From Antedon mediterranea (lineage: Eukaryota > Animalia > Echinodermata): a DNA stretch of 64,000 nt. The notes under the pieces are model-generated. The model was not told where the DNA came from and ran no database searches. It worked only from the letters and a program-made list of their open reading frames with translations. This document shows positions 62,882 to 64,000 of this stretch, one piece after another (positions within the stretch are counted from its first letter, which is position 1; each line of letters opens with the position of its first letter). A program made the position numbers and the translations under genes. The stretch is from assembly GCF_964355755.1 (NCBI RefSeq), contig NC_092676.1, positions 3,263,888 to 3,327,887 on the forward strand, written 5' to 3'.

Positions 62882-64000
62882 ATGGCTCATCATCAACATT
62901 GTACATTGTTGTTGTACAAGTGCCTGATTATATTATATAGTATATTTCACTGTTGCTGTGCAGAATCCTATACTTTTATAAAACATCCACATCCGGTTCT
63001 CGTTACGGAAGGACAAATAGTAACGTTCTCGTGTGAATGGACACCAGAATTGAATAGAAATCATGAGTTGAGATGGATATACTTTCCTGAAGGTAGAGCG
63101 TCTCAACAAATTGCAAGTTCAACATTAAAGTACAATTTAACAACTAAAGCAACATCTTCGTATCTTTCCATTTTCAATGTTGATTCTGATGACGTAGGAA
63201 AATACAGGTGTGATATCGTGGAAAATGGTTCTTACAGTCTTTCTAAACAGGCTGTTATAGTGCTAGGAGAAATAACATGCAATCCAGATTATGATAATGG
63301 TGAGATTGGAACAACGCTGACATGTTTTTATCCTTCTTCTTATCTTTCAAATGATATTGATTTACTATGGTATAAAGACTTCGGAAATAGAGTAATATCA
63401 TACACACAAGACAAAAACGTTTTAGAATCAAGGGCTTTGACTGCCGAAGACGATGGAGCTGAATTTAGATGTCTTATAATTTTTAAAATTAGATCTATAA
63501 CGATAGGATTTTGTAAAACTACTCCCCTAATATTGACTATTGATGCAGAGATTGAACAATCACCACCAGGTCCACTTCAGGTTGGAGATAGCTTTAACCT
63601 TACCTGCTCAGGGAAAGGTAATCCTGATTATTATGAATATGAGTGGGTGTGGAATGGCAACCCAGTAGGATCGTCGATAGATAAACGTAGATTTGCAATA
63701 GCTAGTGTGCTTACTATACCGAGTGTATCAAGCAGTGCTAATGGCAAAATAGTTACTTGTACTATTAGTCGTAGTGGTCGTAACAGCAGTACAGCGAGCT
63801 ATACAATAAACGTTCTAGAGAACATTAGGAGTAGGCCTACTACTACACAATTACAAACAACACCAGGTAGACGTACGCAACAAGTCGTTGCAGACAAACT
63901 ACTACCAACTACACGCTTACACACTACACGTTTACAGTCGACACGTACGCAACAACTCATTACAGACCAACTCTCAGCAACTAATATCTCATCGGGTGAC
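62882..64000 (+). CDS. IgSF receptor J, 3' partial (373 codons open to window end): signal peptide, 3 Ig domains, Thr-rich stalk
   Basis: Hand translation MAHHQHCTLLLYKCLIILYSIFHCCCAESY..FSCEW..DDVGKYRC..IDAEIEQSPPGP..TTRLHTTRLQST with no stop; absent from the ORF track, probably because it has no stop codon. Confidence 0.88.
   Translation, partial: MAHHQHCTLLLYKCLIILYSIFHCCCAESYTFIKHPHPVLVTEGQIVTFSCEWTPELNRNHELRWIYFPEGRASQQIASSTLKYNLTTKATSSYLSIFNVDSDDVGKYRCDIVENGSYSLSKQAVIVLGEITCNPDYDNGEIGTTLTCFYPSSYLSNDIDLLWYKDFGNRVISYTQDKNVLESRALTAEDDGAEFRCLIIFKIRSITIGFCKTTPLILTIDAEIEQSPPGPLQVGDSFNLTCSGKGNPDYYEYEWVWNGNPVGSSIDKRRFAIASVLTIPSVSSSANGKIVTCTISRSGRNSSTASYTINVLENIRSRPTTTQLQTTPGRRTQQVVADKLLPTTRLHTTRLQSTRTQQLITDQLSATNISSGD

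Overview
AT-rich animal genomic DNA with GT-AG introns, SINEs, LINEs and DNA transposons; the repeat types suggest an invertebrate deuterostome (inference). The left end holds the first five coding exons of an ecto-5'-nucleotidase (NT5E/CD73-like) on the minus strand. The rest is a tandem, same-strand array of at least 10 paralogous immunoglobulin-superfamily genes whose coding regions have no introns. Four are 3-Ig membrane-type receptors (one frameshifted, one running off the window); the three whose tails are visible have tyrosine-rich tails. Five are intact ~220-aa secreted 2-Ig proteins that share a +1 frameshift at the Ig2/Ig3 junction. One pseudogene and one tail remnant complete the array. 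Variation concentrates in CDR-like loops, and there are apparent gene-conversion tracts. The array is interrupted by a hAT-like transposon inside a Deu-domain SINE, a ~21.3-kb insertion carrying ~15.7 kb of higher-order satellite (empty paralogous site at ~51.1 kb), a Rex1/Babar LINE, SINEs, Helentron-like elements, Penelope relics and several 20-45 bp palindromes with 7-bp TSDs that resemble P-element excision footprints. All calls come from reading the sequence by eye; no searches were run.
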